DNA of 64,000 nucleotides from assembly GCF_036365525.1 (NCBI RefSeq), contig NC_090374.1, forward strand, positions 138,112,685 to 138,176,684, in the 5' to 3' direction. The number at the start of each line of letters is the position of its first letter. Positions within the stretch are counted from its first letter, which is position 1. Below the pieces are notes generated by a model. That model did not search any database. It saw nothing but the letters and a program-made list of their open reading frames with translations, and was not told the origin of the DNA. Below, piece by piece: positions 11,310 through 25,478 of the stretch. The position numbers were made by a program, and so were the translations under genes. The DNA comes from Heterodontus francisci (lineage: Eukaryota).

Positions 11310-12950
11310 CATAGAACCATAGAATGGTTATAGCATTGAAGGAGACCATTCAGCCCATCATACCTGTGCTATCACTCTGCGAGAGCTTCCACCTTTTGCC
11401 TGTAGTCCTGCAATTTTTTCAATTTTTTTCTCTTCAGATTCAATTCCCAATTCCCTTTTGAAAGCCATGATTCAATATGTCACCACCACACTCTCAGACA
11501 GTGCATTCCAGGTACTAACCACTCACTGTGTAAAAAGGTTTTTCTGCACGTCGCCTCTGGTTCTCTTGCCAATTACCTTAAATTAGTGTCCCCTGGTTCT
11601 CAACTGTTCTGCCATTGGGAACAGTTTCTCCCTATCTACTCTGTCCAGAGTGTCCAGACCCCCTTATGATTTTGAACACCTCTATCAAATCTCCTCTCAA
11701 TCTTCCACCTTCACCAATCTATCCATGCAACTGAAGTGTCTCATCCTCTCAACCATTCTCAGAAATCTTTTCTGCACCCTCTCCCTTGCTTTTACATCTT
11801 TCCTGAAGTGTATTGCCCAGAATTAGACACAATATTACAGTGGAGGCCAAACCAGTGTTTCATTAAGGTTCACCATAACTTCCTTTCTTTTGTACACTAT
11901 GCCTCTATTTCTAAAGCCTTATTAACTGCTTTCTCCACCTGCCCTGCCACCTTCAATGATTTTGCACATACACTCCTGGATCCCTCTGCTCCTTCACCCC
12001 CTTTAGAATTGTATCCTTCATTTTATACCACCTTTTCTCATTCTTCCTACCAAAATATATCACTTCACACTTCTCTGCATTAAATTTCAACTGCCACTTG
12101 TCCGTCCATTTCACCAGCCTGTCTATGTCCTCTTGAAGTCTATCATTATCCTCTTCACAATTAACAATACTTCCAAGTTTGTGTCATCTGCAAATTTTTA
12201 AATTGCACACCACACACCCAAGTCTAGGTCATTAATATAGATCAAGAAAAGCAATGGTCCGGATAGCGACCCCCACTATATACTGTCCTTCAGTCTGAAA
12301 AACAACTGTTTGCCACTACTTTCTGTTTTTCCTGACACTCAGCCAATTTTGTATCCATGCTGCCACTGTCCCTTTTGTTCCATGGGCTTCAACTTTGCTG
12401 ACAAGTCTGTTATTTGGCACTTTATCAAATGTCTTCTGGATGTTCATGTACACCACATGAACTGCATTATCTTCATCAAACCTCTCTATTACCTCATCAA
12501 AAAACTCAATCAATTACTTAAACACAATTTGCCCTTAAATAATCCGTGCTGGCTTTCCTTAATTAATCCACATTTGTCCAAGTGACTGTTAATTTTGTTT
12601 CAGATTATTGTTTCTAAAAGCTTTTCTACCACCAAGGTTAAATTGACTGGCCTGTAGTTGCTAGGTTTATCCTTACACCTTATTTTGAACAAGGGTGTAA
12701 TATTTGCAATTCTCCAGTCCTTTGGCACCATCTCTGTATCTAAAGAGGATTGGAAAATTATGGCCAGTGCCTCTACAATTTCCACCCTTACTTCCTTCAG
12801 TATCCTTGGATGCATCTAATCCGGTCCTGGTGACTTATCAACTTTAAGTAGTTAAAGTCTTTCTATTACCTCCTCTTTATAATTTTTTATCCCATCCAGT
12901 GTCTCAGTCACCTCCTCTTTCACTCCGACTTTGGTAGCATCTTCTTCTTT
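11310..12950 (-). mobile_element. CR1 LINE, 5'-truncated, inserted in the copia RT
   Basis: MHPRILKEVRVEIVEALAIIFQSSL...NYRPV and FDKVPNNRL motifs, with an (ATTCTATG)-like 3' tail at 11310. Confidence 0.9.
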
Positions 12951-14094
12951 GGTCTGAATGATGCTTCCAGAGTGTGGTATCTTTTGGTGAGATTTATTTT
13001 GTTAAAAATGGGGTGTGTTCAACCAAAAGCAGATCCAGCAATGTTTTATTGATATGATAAAGAACATTTTGCAGGCATCTTCACAATGTATGCTAATGAT
13101 TTTTTTAATGAGGTGGGATTGTGAAATTTGAGAAATGTGCCATTAATAAGATTAGAGTAGAATTTGGGAGTCAGGCTTGTGGGGGGTTTAAATATATTGG
13201 TTTAGCAATTAAGCAGTGTAGGTTTGTAATAACTTTAAATCAACAAGCCTATTTAGAGAGTTTCACTCCCATCCCAATTAATTGTACTAGGTCCTCACAG
13301 AAAGATGATGTTATATTTAAAGCAGAGACTGAGCAATTGCAAAGCTTGGTCGGTCAGTTAAACTGGTTGGACATGCAGACTAGACCAGATGCTAGTTTTG
13401 ATGTGTTGGAGTTAAGTACTATGATGAAACATCCTAAAGTCGAGAATGTTTTAAGGGCAAATAAACCACTAGAAAATTAAAGCTAGAGAAATGTGTATGT
13501 AAGTTCCGATACTGAGGTAACCCAAAAAACATGAAACAAGCCATTTTTAGTCATTCTTCACATGCTAATCTTGCTTATGGGTTTTCGAGTGCAGCTTGTT
13601 TTACAATATTGCTCATGGGTGAAAATGGGAAATGTTGTCCTTTAGCTTCGGAAGCTAAGAAATAAAAAGGGATGATAATAGTATATTGTCTGCTGAAACA
13701 CTGGCTCTTATCAAGGCAGTGATATGGGGTTCTATTTATTAAGTATTTTAAGTGAGATTCTGTGGTAATGGGCATACTGAAGATAATATACCCATTGAAT
13801 GTTATGTAGATAATCGGTCATTGTGGGATAATGCACACTCGATGAAAATTGTGAGTGAAAAAATGTTACAGATTGACCTTGCGGCTTGAAACAAATACGG
13901 GAGAGAAAGGTAATGAAATAGATGGATGAAAGTCATCAAATATCTGATTGTTTTACAAAAAGAAGAGAAGGATGTCTCACAATGTAATGCTTTGTGCAGA
14001 ATGTGGAGGTTTTTGATTTAATTTGTTTTATAATTTTGGATGTATACATCAACTCTATTTTTTATTTAAAGAGAGAAAAAGCAATCTTCGACAC

Positions 14095-15123
14095 TTCTTT
14101 GTCTCCTTTGGCCTCCTTATCTCGAGAGACAATCGGTAAGCGCCTGGAGGTGGTCAGTGGTTTGTGAAGCAGCGCCTGGAGTGGCTATAAAGGCCAATTC
14201 CAGAGTGACAGGCTCTTCCACAGGTGCTGCAGAGAAATTTGTTTGTCGGGGCTGTTACACAGTTGGCTCTCCCCTTGCGCCTCTGTCTTTTTTCCTGCCA
14301 ACTACTAAGTCTCTTCGACTCGCCACACTTTAGCCCCGCCTTTATGGCTGCCCGCCAGCTCTGGCGAACGCTGGCAGCTGACTCCCACGACTTGTGATCA
14401 ATGTCACAGGATTTCATGTCGCGTTTGCAGGCGTCTTTAAAGCGGAGACATGGATGGCCGGTGGGTCTGATACCAGTGGCGAGCTCGCTGTACAATGTGT
14501 CTTTGGGGATCCTGCCAGCTTCCATGCGGCTCACATGGCCAAGCCATCTCAAGCGCCGCTGACTCAATAGTGTGTATAAGCTGGGGATGTTGGCCGCCTC
14601 GAGGACTTCTGTGTTGGAGATACGGTCCTGCCACCTGATGCCCTGAGGCAGCGAAGATGGAATGAATTGAGACGTCGCTCTTGGCTGACATACGTTGTCC
14701 AGGCCTCGCTGCCATAGAGCAAGGTACTGAGACACAGGTCTGATACACTCGGACTTTTGTGTTCTGTGTCAGTCCGCCATTTTCCCACACTCTCTTGGCC
14801 AGTCTGGACATAGCAGTGGAAGCCTTTCCCATGCGCTTGTTGATTTCTGCATCTAGAGACAGGTTACTGGTGATAGTTGAGCCGAGGTAGCTGAACTCTT
14901 GAACCACTTTCAGAGCGTGATCGCCAATATTGATGGATGGAGCATTTCTGACGTCCTGCCCCATGATGTTCGTTTTCTTGAGGCTGATTGTTAGGCCAAA
15001 TTCATTGCAGGCAGCCGCAAACCTGTCGATGAGACTCTGCAGGCACTCTTCAGTGTGAGATGTTAAAGCAGCATCGTCAGCAAAGAGGAGTTCCCTGATG
15101 AGGACTTTCCGTTCTTTGGACTT
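14095..15123 (-). mobile_element. RTE-clade LINE 3' fragment
   Basis: LLFADDAA, EFSYLGSTIT, QRRLRWLGHVSRMEAGRIPKDTLYSEL, and a C-terminal CSTCGRAC..GLYSH. Confidence 0.9.
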
Positions 15124-16029
15124 ACTTGTATAATAATTGTCTTTAGTTTTATGCAGGTAGTGGGCATAAACGGGGGATTCATTTGGCCCCTATAAAGAGA
15201 TACTGACTGAAACTGTAGTGGTTGGGGTAAGGAGGTGCTTATTCTATTGTGTAACTCTAATTAAATGCTTATAACAGTGTTTAAAGATTGGGTCCAGGTC
15301 TATCCTTCACCAACCAGCTTTCTGGATTAGTCTCTACTTATTTTGTCTGAATGTATACAGTGAACTGCATTACAATGCTATTATTTTATATTCTTTAAAG
15401 TATTTTGCTGTAAATTTACTATTATTCCTAATTCTCACTTTCAATTATCTTTGTTAGAAGAGTTCTGTCTTTATTTATCTTTTTTTCTTTAACAGACAAT
15501 GAGTATTTCTGTCTGTTAAATTCTGTCATTTTCAGTTTCTCTTCTCCTCCTTCATTATTTTTGTTCTGTATGGGTTCCCTCCATCTGAAACCATCCTACC
15601 ACACGACCTCCTGTCCTTTTCATGTTTGTTTTGATCTTCCTTCTCTTAAATAACATAGATCAGAAGACATGTTTACTCTCAGCACAGAGCTTCATACAAC
15701 AGGAGTGCATTTCCAGGAACTTGACCTTGTGTCCTATTTCACTGCATGCACTCCAAGCATGAAGCTCTGCACGAGGAGTTCTTTATAAGGGAACCAAACA
15801 TGTGTTAAAATATTTTGAAGATTTTCAGGTGTCCAAGTCCCAGGCCTGGACTCCCAGGTAGGACCCACCACCATACTGGCTGGCAGGCCACTCTGCTTTC
15901 CCTGGGTGTACCAGCCTGCTGGAAGATTCCTAGGCTAGGGACCTGGAAATCCCTGGACTCGGAGCCCACACCCGCTGGCCTCTGATACTAGTGACCTTGT
16001 TTAGAATAGTTGGAGGCTCTTCCCCAAAT

Positions 16030-16455
16030 AAGGCATCACACAATGGATTGGGTTGGCATCCTTCAATCTATGAAAGATGATCGACATGCAGCAAACAACC
16101 TATTAAGTGGGGTGTCTCCTCTGCTGATGACTGTGAAGAGAGGCAGGTTCTGCCACAAGTGCTGCACATGAAGCTACCAAATGATGCTGTGAGTTGTTGT
16201 TTTTGATGTTGGTGTCTGTTGCCAAGCTGCTGTAGCAACTGGTCATTGTGGTAGTGCATACAGTCCAACAGGATGTGTCGCCATTTCCCTCTTTCGCCAG
16301 CTAATGACTCCCAAGTGTGACAGTCGACATTTAGGGCCTTCATGTCATGCTTGCAAGCATCCTTGAAGCAGAGCTTTGGGTGCCCCACTGTTCACCTGGC
16401 CCTGGCTACTTCACCATACAGAAGGTCCTTGGGTATGTGACCGTCTTCCATCCTA
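16030..16455 (-). mobile_element. Older RTE LINE 3' fragment
   Basis: GHPKLCFKDACKHDMKAL...WESLA...CSTCGRTCLS. Confidence 0.8.
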
Positions 16456-16459
16456 CTCT

Positions 16460-17620
16460 CTGTCTCCTGCTACTTGGCCAATTTCCTAACTAGGTCAATA
16501 ATTTCCCTTCAATTCTGCGAACTTCAACTTTAGTTAATAGTCTCTTATGAGGGGGAGACAGTGGTGTCGTGGTAATGTCACTGAACTAGTAATCCAGAGG
16601 CCCAGGTTAATATCCTGGGTAATGGGTTCAAATCCCATGATGGCAGCTAGTGGAATTTAAGTTCAATAAATTAATCAAATTTATTAATTAAAAAATCTGT
16701 AGTTGAAAACGAGTCTCAGTAATGGTGCAATGAAACTATCATCAATTGTCATAAAAACCCATCTGATTCACTAACGTTCTTCAGAGAAGGAAATCTGCTG
16801 TCCTTACCCGGTCTGGCCTAAATGTGACTCCAGACCCACAGTGATATGGTTGACTCTTAACTGCCCTCTGAAATAGCCTAGTAAGCCACTCAGTTGTCAA
16901 GGGCAATAGGGATGGGCAACAAATGTTGGCCTTGCCAGCAACACCCACATCCCATGAAAGAATAAAATGTCTTCTGCAAGTCCATATAAATAACATCCAT
17001 AGACATTTCCCTGCCTGCTACTTCAGTCATCTCTTCAAAGAATTCAATCAGGTTCGTCAGGCATGACCTACCGTTAACAAGTTCATACTGGCTGTCTCTA
17101 ATCAGCTGAAAATTTTCAAGGTGTTCAGTCACCCTATCCCTAATTATAGACTCTAGCAATTTCCGAGCAACAGGTGGTAGGTTAACTGGTCTATAATTCT
17201 CTGGTTTCCCTCTGTCACCTTTTTTAAACAGTGAAGTGACATGTGCAATTTTCTAATCGAAAAGAATGGTTTCTGAATTGAGAGAACTTTGGAAGATTAT
17301 AGTTAGGGCATGTGAAATGTCTCACCTACCTCTTTTAACACACTGAGATGGAACTCATTTGGTCCTGGGGATTTGTCACTCGTCAATGCTGTTAATTACT
17401 CCATTACTGTTATCTTGCTTATATTAGTTTTGTTGAGCCCCTGTTCCCAATTCAATAATAGTTTTCTTGGGTGTCTGGCATGCTGACCACTTCCTCCAGA
17501 GTAAGTACTGATACGATGTAATTACTCGGCATGTCTGCCCTTCCTTATTTCATTGACAACACCACCATTATCAGTTTTCAAGCAGCCCATATTGCTTCTG
17601 ACCACCCTCTTTATCCTAAA
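16460..17620 (-). mobile_element. Degraded CR1 fragment hosting an LF-SINE
   Basis: LESIIRDRVTEHL...GRSCLTNLIEFFEE..MDVIYMDLQKTF. Confidence 0.8.
16551..16967 (+). mobile_element. LF-SINE-like element
   Basis: tRNA-like head (gtggtaatgtcactgaactagtaatccag, ggttcaaatccc), body gactccagacccacag..ggttgactcttaactgccctctgaaat, tail agggcaat..gggcaa..cccacatcccatgaa.gaataaaa. Confidence 0.85.
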
Positions 17621-17626
17621 GTAAAA

Positions 17627-17926
17627 CGACCCAGGTTCAATTCTGGGTACTGCCTGTGCGGAGTTTGCAAGTTCTCCCTGTGACTGCGTGGGTTTTCACC
17701 GGGTGCTCCGGTTTCCTCCCACAGCCAAAGACTTGCAGGTGATAGGTAAATTGGCCATTGTAAATTTCCCCTAGTATAGGTAGGGGAATTGTGGGGATGT
17801 GGTAGGAATATGGGATTAATGTAGGATTAGTATAAATGGGTGGTTGATGGTCGGCACAGACTCGGTGGGCCAAGGGCCTGTTTCAGTGCTGCATCTCTAA
17901 ATAAAAGATAAAAATAAAATAAAAAT
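17627..17926 (+). mobile_element. HE1-type V-SINE, 5'-truncated
   Basis: Same family as 4587-4935, with an (AAAAT)n tail. Confidence 0.9.
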
Positions 17927-18864
17927 CTACATTTATAGTCATAGAGTTCATAATGGCATAGAAGGAGGCCAGTCGGCCCTTCAAGTCCATGCCGGCTTTT
18001 CAGACAGTCCCATTCCCTTGCTCCATCCCTGTAGCCCTGCAAATTTATTTCCCTGAAGTGCCCATCCAATTTCCTTTTGAAATCATTCATCATCTTCACT
18101 TCCACCACCCTCATAGGCAGCGAGTTCCAGGTCATTACCATTCAATGAGTAAAAAAGTTCTTCCTCGCATCTCCCCTGCATCTCTTGCCCAAAAGCTTAA
18201 ATCTGTGTCCCCCAGTCCTTGTACCATCAGCTTTTCTTTGTCTACTTTATCGAAACCTTTCATAATCTTGCACACCTCTTTCAAATCTCCCCTCAATCTC
18301 CTTTGTTCCAAGGAGAACGACTCCAGCTTCTCCAAGCTAACCTTATAGCTAAAATCCCCCACTCCTGGAACGATTCTGGTAAATCTCATCTGTACCCTCT
18401 CAAGGACCCTAACATCCTTCTTAAAATGTGGTGACCAGAACTGGATGCAATACTCTAGTTGTGGCATAACCAGAGCTTTATAAAGGTTCAGCATAACTTC
18501 TCTGCTTTTGCACTCATTACTTCTATTGATGGATCCTAAGATCTATATGCTTTGCTAACTACTTTCTCAACACGTCCTGCTACTTTCAAGGATCTGTGTA
18601 AATGGAGAGCAAGGTCCCTCTGTCCCTGCATACTCTTTAGAACATTGCCATTAAGTCTATATTGCCTCTCCATATCCCTTCTGCCAAACTGCATCAACAA
18701 ACACACTTCTCTGTATTAAATTCCAGCTGTCACTTGTCTGCCCATTCTGCTAGCCTATCTATGTTCTGTTGTAGCCGATTTGTATCATCCTCACTGTTTG
18801 CCACAACTCCAACTTTGGTATCATGGGCAAATTTTGAAATTTTACTCTGTACTCCAATATCCAA

Positions 18865-21380
18865 ACAAAGAAATAACTAATGCCTGTAAAAATGGTACGG
18901 CAATTATCATGGGGGATTTTAATCTACATGTAGATTGGTCGAACCAGCTCAGTCAGGGTAGCCTTGAGGAGGAGTTCGTTGAGTGTATCCGTGATAGTTT
19001 TCTTGAACAGTATGTAATGGAACTGACGAGGGAGCAAGCTATCCTCGATCTAGTCCTGTGTAATGAGACAGGAATAATTAATGACCTCATAGTTAGGGAT
19101 CCTCTTGGAGGAAGTGATCACAGTATGGTTGAATTTAGAATACAGATGGAGAGTGTGAAGATAAAATCCAATACCAGGGTCCTGCGCTTGAACAAGGGGG
19201 ACTACAATAGAATGAGGGAGGACTTGGCTAAAGTAGACTGGAAACAAAGATTTTATGGTGGGACAGTTGACAAGCAGTGGAGGACTTTCAAAGCAATTTT
19301 TCAAAGTGCTCAGCAAAAGTATATTCCAGTGAAAAGGAAGGACTGGAAGAAAAGGGGTAACCTGCCATGGGTGTCGAAGGAAATAAGGGAGGCTATCAAA
19401 TTGAAAGAGAAGGCATACAAAGTGGCCAAAAACAGCATGGAACTAGAAGATTGGGAAAACTTTAACGGTCAACAGAAAGCCACAAAAAGAGTTATAAAGA
19501 AAAGTAAGATAGAACATGAGAAAAAACTAGCACAGAATATAAAGACAGATAGCAAAAGTTTCTATAAATATATAAAATGAAAAAGAGTGGCGAAAGTAAA
19601 CGTTGGTCCTTTAGAGGATGAGAAGGGGAATTTAGTTATGGGATATGATGAAATGGCCGAGGCATTGAACAGGTATTTTGTATCGGTCTTCACAGTGGAG
19701 GACATTAATAACATGCCAGTAATTGACAAAGAGACGAACGTAGGTGAGGACCTGGAAACAATCATTATTGCGGAAGAGGTAGTGTTGGGCAAGCTAATGG
19801 AGCTAAGGATTGATAAGTCTCCTGGCCCTGATGGAATGCATCCCAGGGTACTAAAAGAGATGGCGGGAGAAATAGCAGGTGCACTGGCGGTAATTTTCCA
19901 AAATTCGCTGGACTCTGGGGTAGTCCCAGCAGATTGGAAAACAGCAGATGTGACGCCACTGTTTAAAAAGGGAGGTAGACAAAAGATGGGGAATTATAGC
20001 TTAACCTCTGTAGTGGGGAAGATGCTTGCGTCTATTATCAAGGAAGAAATAGCAGGGCATCTCGATAGAAATTGTCCCGTTGGGCAGACGCAGCATGGGT
20101 TCATGAAGGGCAGGTCATGCTTGACAAATCTTTTGGAATTCTATGATGACATTACGAGCAAGGTGGACAATGGGGACCCAGTGGATGTGGTGTACCTGGA
20201 TTTCCAAAAGGCCTTCGACAAGGTGCCGCACAAGCGGCTGCTGCATAAGATAAGGATGCATGGCGTTAGGGGTAAAGTATTAGCATGGATAGAGGGTTGG
20301 TTGACTAACAGGAAGCAGAGAGTGGGGATAAATGAGTGCTATTCTGGTTGGCAATCAGTCACGAGTGGTGTGCCTCAGGGATCGGTGTTGGGACCGCAAT
20401 TATTTACAATTTATTTCGATGATTTGTAGTTGGTGACCACGTGGAGGTTGTCAAAGTTTGCAGATGACACTAAGATGAGTGGCAGAGCAAAGTGTGCAGA
20501 TGACTGTGAAACTTTGCAGAGGAACATAGATACATTGAGTGAGTGGGCAAAGGTCTGGCAGATGGAATACAACGTTAATAAATGTGAAGTCATTCATTTC
20601 GGTAGGAGTAACAGTAAAAAGGATTATTACTTGACTGGTAAAAAGTTGCAGCATGCTGCTATGCAGAGGGACCTGGGTGTCCTTGTGCATGAATCGCAGA
20701 AGGTTGGTCTGCAGGTACAGCAAGTAATTAGGAAGGCAAATGGAATTTGCTAAAGGGATTGAGTTTAAAAGCAGAGAGGTTATGTTGCAGCTGTATAAGG
20801 TACTGGTGAGGCCGCACCTGGAGTACTGTGTGCAGTTTTGGTCTCCTTACTTGAGAAAGGATATACTGGCACTGGAAAGGGTGCAGAGGAGCTTCACTAG
20901 GTTGATTCCGGAGTTGAGGGGGTTGGCTTATGAGGAGAGACTGAGTAGATTGGGATTATATTCATTGGAGTTCAGAAGAATGAGGGGGGATCTTATAGAA
21001 ACATATAAAATCATGAAGGGAATAGATAAGATACAAGTAGAGAGGATGTTTCCACTGGCAGGTGAAGCTAGGACAAGAGGGCATAGCCTCAAGATTAGAG
21101 GGAGCAGATTTAGGACTGAATTAAGAAGGAACTTCTTCACCCAGAGGGTTGTTAATCTATGGAATTCCTTGCCCAGTGAAGTAGTTGACGCTTCTTCAGT
21201 AAACGTTTTTAAAGCTAAGGTAGATATCTTTTTGAACAATAAAGGAATTAAGGGATACGGCAAGAGCGCGGGTAAGTGGATCTGAGTCCACGAAAAGATC
21301 AGCCATGATCTTATTGAATGGCGGAGCAGGCTCGAGGGGCCGGACGGCCTACTCCTGCTCCTAGTTCTTATGATCTTATG
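18865..21380 (+). mobile_element. CR1 LINE 'B' (APE end + RT + 3' UTR), few lesions
   Basis: IMGDFNL, GSDH, KSPGPDGMHPRVLKE, YLDFQKAFDKVPH, GVPQGSVLGP, KFADDTK. TSD atccaa at 18859-18864 and 21381-21386. Confidence 0.95.
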
Positions 21381-21603
21381 ATCCAAGGCATTTATATATA
21401 ACAAAAAAATAGTAGTCCTAGCACTGAACCTTGGGGAACACCAATCTGAAAAACAACTATTTACACGACTCGCCTTTTTCTTTCCTTAAGCCAATTTTTA
21501 TCCAAGCTGACACCGATCTTCCTATTCCATCAGCCTCAATTTTGTTAACCAGCATTTTATGTGGTCTTTGAACTCTTTATTAAAGTCCGTATAGACAACA
21601 TCC

Positions 21604-24600
21604 ATCACAGAATCACAGAATAATACAGTGCAGAAGAGGCCCTTCGGCCCATCGAGTCTGCACCGATGCATTAAAGACACCTGACCTGTCTACTAATCCC
21701 ATGTGCCAGCACTTGGCCCATAGCCTTGAATGTTATGACGTGCCAAGTGCTCATCCAGGTACTCTTTAAAGGATGTGAGGCAACCTGCCTCTACCACCCT
21801 TCCAGGCAGTGCATTCCAGACTGGCACCACCTTCTGGGTAAAAAAGTTCTTCCTCAAATTCCCCTTAAACCTCCTGCCCCTCACCTTAAACTTGTGTCCC
21901 CTCGTAACTGACCCTTCAACTAAGGGGAACAGCTGCTCCCTATCCACCTTGTCCATGCCTCTCATAATCTTGTACAACTCGATCAGGTCACCCCTCAGTC
22001 TTCTCTGCTCCAGCGAAAACAACCCAAGCCTATCCAATCTCTCTTCATAGCTTAAATGTTCCATCCCAGGCAACATCCTGGTGAATCGCCTCTGCACCCC
22101 CTCCAGTGCAATCACATCCTTCCTATAATGTGGTGACCAGAATTGCACACAGTACTCCAGCTGTGGCCTTACCAAAGTTCTATACAATTCCAACATGACC
22201 TCCCTGCTTTTGTAATCTATGCCTCGATTGATAAAGACAAGTGTCCCATATGCCTTTTTCACCACCCTATTAACCTGCCCTTCTGCCTTCAGAGATCTAT
22301 GGACAAACACGCCAAGGTCCCTTTGTTCCTCGGAACTTCCCAATGTCAGGCCATTCATTGAATACTTCTGTGTCACATTACTCCTTCCAAAGTGTATCAC
22401 CTCACACTTTTCAGGGTTAAATTCCATCTGCCACTTTTCTGCCCATTTGACCATCCCGTCTATATCTTCCTGTAACCCAAGACACTCAACCTCACTGTTA
22501 ACCACTCGGCCAATCTTTTGGTCATCCGCGAACTTACTGATCCTACCCCCCACATAGTCATCTATGTCGTTTATAAAAATGACAAACAATAGGGGACCCA
22601 GCACAGATCCCTGTGGTACGCCACTGGACACTGGCTTCCAGTCTCTGAAACAGCCGTCTGTCATCACTCTCTGTCTCCTACAGCTAAGCCAATTTTGAAT
22701 CCACCTTATCAAGTTACCCTGTATCCCATGTGCATTTGCTTTCTTAATAAGTCTCCCATGTGGGACCTTGTCAAAGGCTTTGCTGAAATCCACGTAAACT
22801 ACATCAACTGCTCAAAAAATTCAATCAAATTTGTTCGGCATGACCTCTCTCTGACAAAGCCATGCTGACTATTCCTAATCATATTTTGCCTCTCCAAGTG
22901 AAGATAAATTCTCTCCTTCAGAATTTTCTCCAATAGTTTCCCGACCACTGATGTGAGACTCACTGGTCTGTAGTTCCCTGGCTTATCTCTACAACCTTTC
23001 TTAAATAGTGGGACCATATTAGCTGTTCTCCAGTCCTCTGGCACCTCCCCCGTGGCCAGAGAGGAATTAAACATTTGGGTCAGAGCCCCTGCAATCCCCA
23101 CCCTCACCTCCCACAGCATCCTGGGACACAAATCGTCCGGACCTGGAGATTTGTCCACTTTTAAGCCTGCCAAAACCTCCAATACCTTGTCACTCCCCAT
23201 GACAATTTGCTCAAGAACCTCACAGTCTCTCTCTCTGAGTTCCATATCTACATCCTCATTCTCTTGGGTGAAGACAGATGTGAAATATTCGTTCAACACC
23301 CTACCAGTGTCCTCTGGCTCCACCCACAGATTTTCCCCCTTGGTCCCTAATGGGTCCTACTCTTTCCCTGGTTATCCTCTTCCCATTGATATACTTATAG
23401 AATATCTTGGGATTTTCCCTACTTTGCCAGCCAGAGCTTTCTCATATCCCCTCTTTGCTCTCCTAATTGCTTTCTTATGGTCCATCCTACACTTTCTGTA
23501 CTCCACTAATGCTTCCGTTGATTTGCTCTTCTTGTATTTGCTAAAAGTCTCTCTTTTCCTTCTCATCGTACCCTGAATGTTTCTGGTCATCCATGGTTCT
23601 CTGGGCTTGTTGCTCCTATCTATTACCCTAGAGGGAACATGTTGGGCCTGTACCCTCCCCATTTCCTTTTTGAATGCCCCCCACTGCTCTTCTGTAGATT
23701 TCCCGACAAGTAACTCTTTCCAGTCTACCTTGGCCAGATCCTGCCTTATTTTACTAAAATTCGCTCTCCCCCAATCCAAAATCTTTTTTTGCAACTTGTC
23801 TATTTCTTTCTCAAGCTTAAATTGTACCATGTTGTGGTCGCTATCACCAAAATGCTCCCCCACCAACACATCAACCACTGTCCGGCTTCATTCTCCAGAA
23901 TTAGGTCCAGCACTGCACCCTCCCTTGTTGGATCCTCTACATATTGAGCTAAAAAGTTCTCCTGTATACATTTTAAGAACTCCACTCCATCTAAGCCCTT
24001 AACACGATGACTATCCCAATTAATGTTGGGAAAGTTGAAATCACCCTATTATTATTTTTACACACCTCTGCGAATTGTGCACATATTTGCTCCTCAATTT
24101 CCCGCTGACTATCTGGGGGTCTATAATAAACACCTAGCAATGTGACGGTTTGAACCTTACTTCTGCTGTATTCCCTCTGACTTGTTTGCTTTTGTGTGTT
24201 TAGCTGTGTCCCAATTCTGCTAGGAGTCTGCGTCCCCTCCCCCTACCAAATTAGTTTAAGCTCCTCCCAACAGCACTAGCAAACCCACCAGCAAGGATGT
24301 TAGTCCCCCTCTGGTTCAGATGTAGACCGTGCCGCTTGTACAGGTCCCACCTCCCCCAGAAACGGTCCCAGTGTCCAGGAATCTAAAACCCTCCCTCCTG
24401 CACCAACTCTTAAGCCACGCATTCATCTGTGCTATTCTCCTATTTCTATACTCGCTAGCACGTGGCACTGGGAGTAATCCAGAGTTTACAACCCGAGAGG
24501 TCCTGCTTTTTAGTCTACTGCCTAACTCCCTGAATTCTTGATGCAAGACCTCATCCCTCTTTCTACCTATGTCATTGGTACCAACATGTAGCATGACCTT

Positions 24601-25478
24601 TGCCTTATCACCCTCCCCCTTCAGGATGCCGTGCAGCCGTTCAGTGACATCCCAGACCCTGGTACCAGGGAGGCAACACACCATCCTGGAGTCACTTTGA
24701 CGGCCACAGTAGTGCCTATCTGTTCCCCTGACTATAGAATCCCCTATTACTATTGCTCTTCCTCTCTTCCCCCTTCCTGTGCCGACAGGCTGCTTGTGGT
24801 AACAGAAGCTTGGCTCTGTCCGCACTCCCTGGAGGAACCAGCCTCATCAGCTTCCAAAATGGAATACCAATTTGCAAGCGGGACCCCAGGGGACTCCTGA
24901 ACTACCTGCCTGTTTCTCTTGGACTACCTGGTGGTCACCCATTCCCTTCCTTCCTCAAGTCCCTTCAGCTGCGGTGTGACCACCTCTCTGAACGTGCTAT
25001 CCACGAAGCTCTCAGACCCGCGGATGCTCCTCGGTGTTTCCAGCCACCATTCCAGCTCTGAAACCCGAGATTCCAGGAGTTGCAGCTGGACACACTTCCT
25101 GCACACATGCTGGTCCCGGGGACTGGAAATGTTCCTGGATTCCCACATGCAGCAAGAGGAGCAAACCACGGCTTTAAGCTCTCCTGCCATGACTCAACCC
25201 TTTAAATTTAAAACTTTAGAAGACTATTATAATAATAAAAAATAAATCAACTAAGTCTTGCTGAAACAATGACTTACAATTCAATCCAGTTTGAAAACTA
25301 CCCACCAGGACTTACTCAACAGTCAGCTGTGCTCTTTGGAAACTCTCGGCTCCCCTCACGCTCTTTGAGGACAGGTAGGAAATGAAAGGAGCTCCTCGCT
25401 CCCTCCTCACCGAACTCCCTCAGTCACAAAACTCCCACTTTAGCACTCTAATGCAGCCCCAAGTCAGCACTCCAGTGC
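21604..25478 (-). mobile_element. Near full-length CR1 LINE 'C' (5' UTR, ORF1 zinc finger/leucine zipper + SGNH esterase, partly deleted ORF2)
   Basis: ORF1 CSSCCMWE...CRKCVQLQLL, IVIGDSIVRG, HVGTND. ORF2 DFSKAFDKVPH, GVPQGSVLGP, FADD. Tail (ATTCTGTG)n. Frameshifted. Confidence 0.93.

Larger units (their letters stand above)
11135..15335 (+). mobile_element. Ty1/copia LTR retrotransposon relic (RT-RNase H, PPT, probable 3' LTR), interrupted by CR1 and RTE
   Basis: SIDIKAAFLQG..REVFLKPP (11190-11290) continues after the CR1 as GLNDASRVWY, ADPAMFY, FKYIGL, SLVGQLNWL..QTRPDASF, LSAETLAL, YVDNRSL. Purine tract at ~14068-14081. LTR-like sequence at ~15126-15335. Confidence 0.8.
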
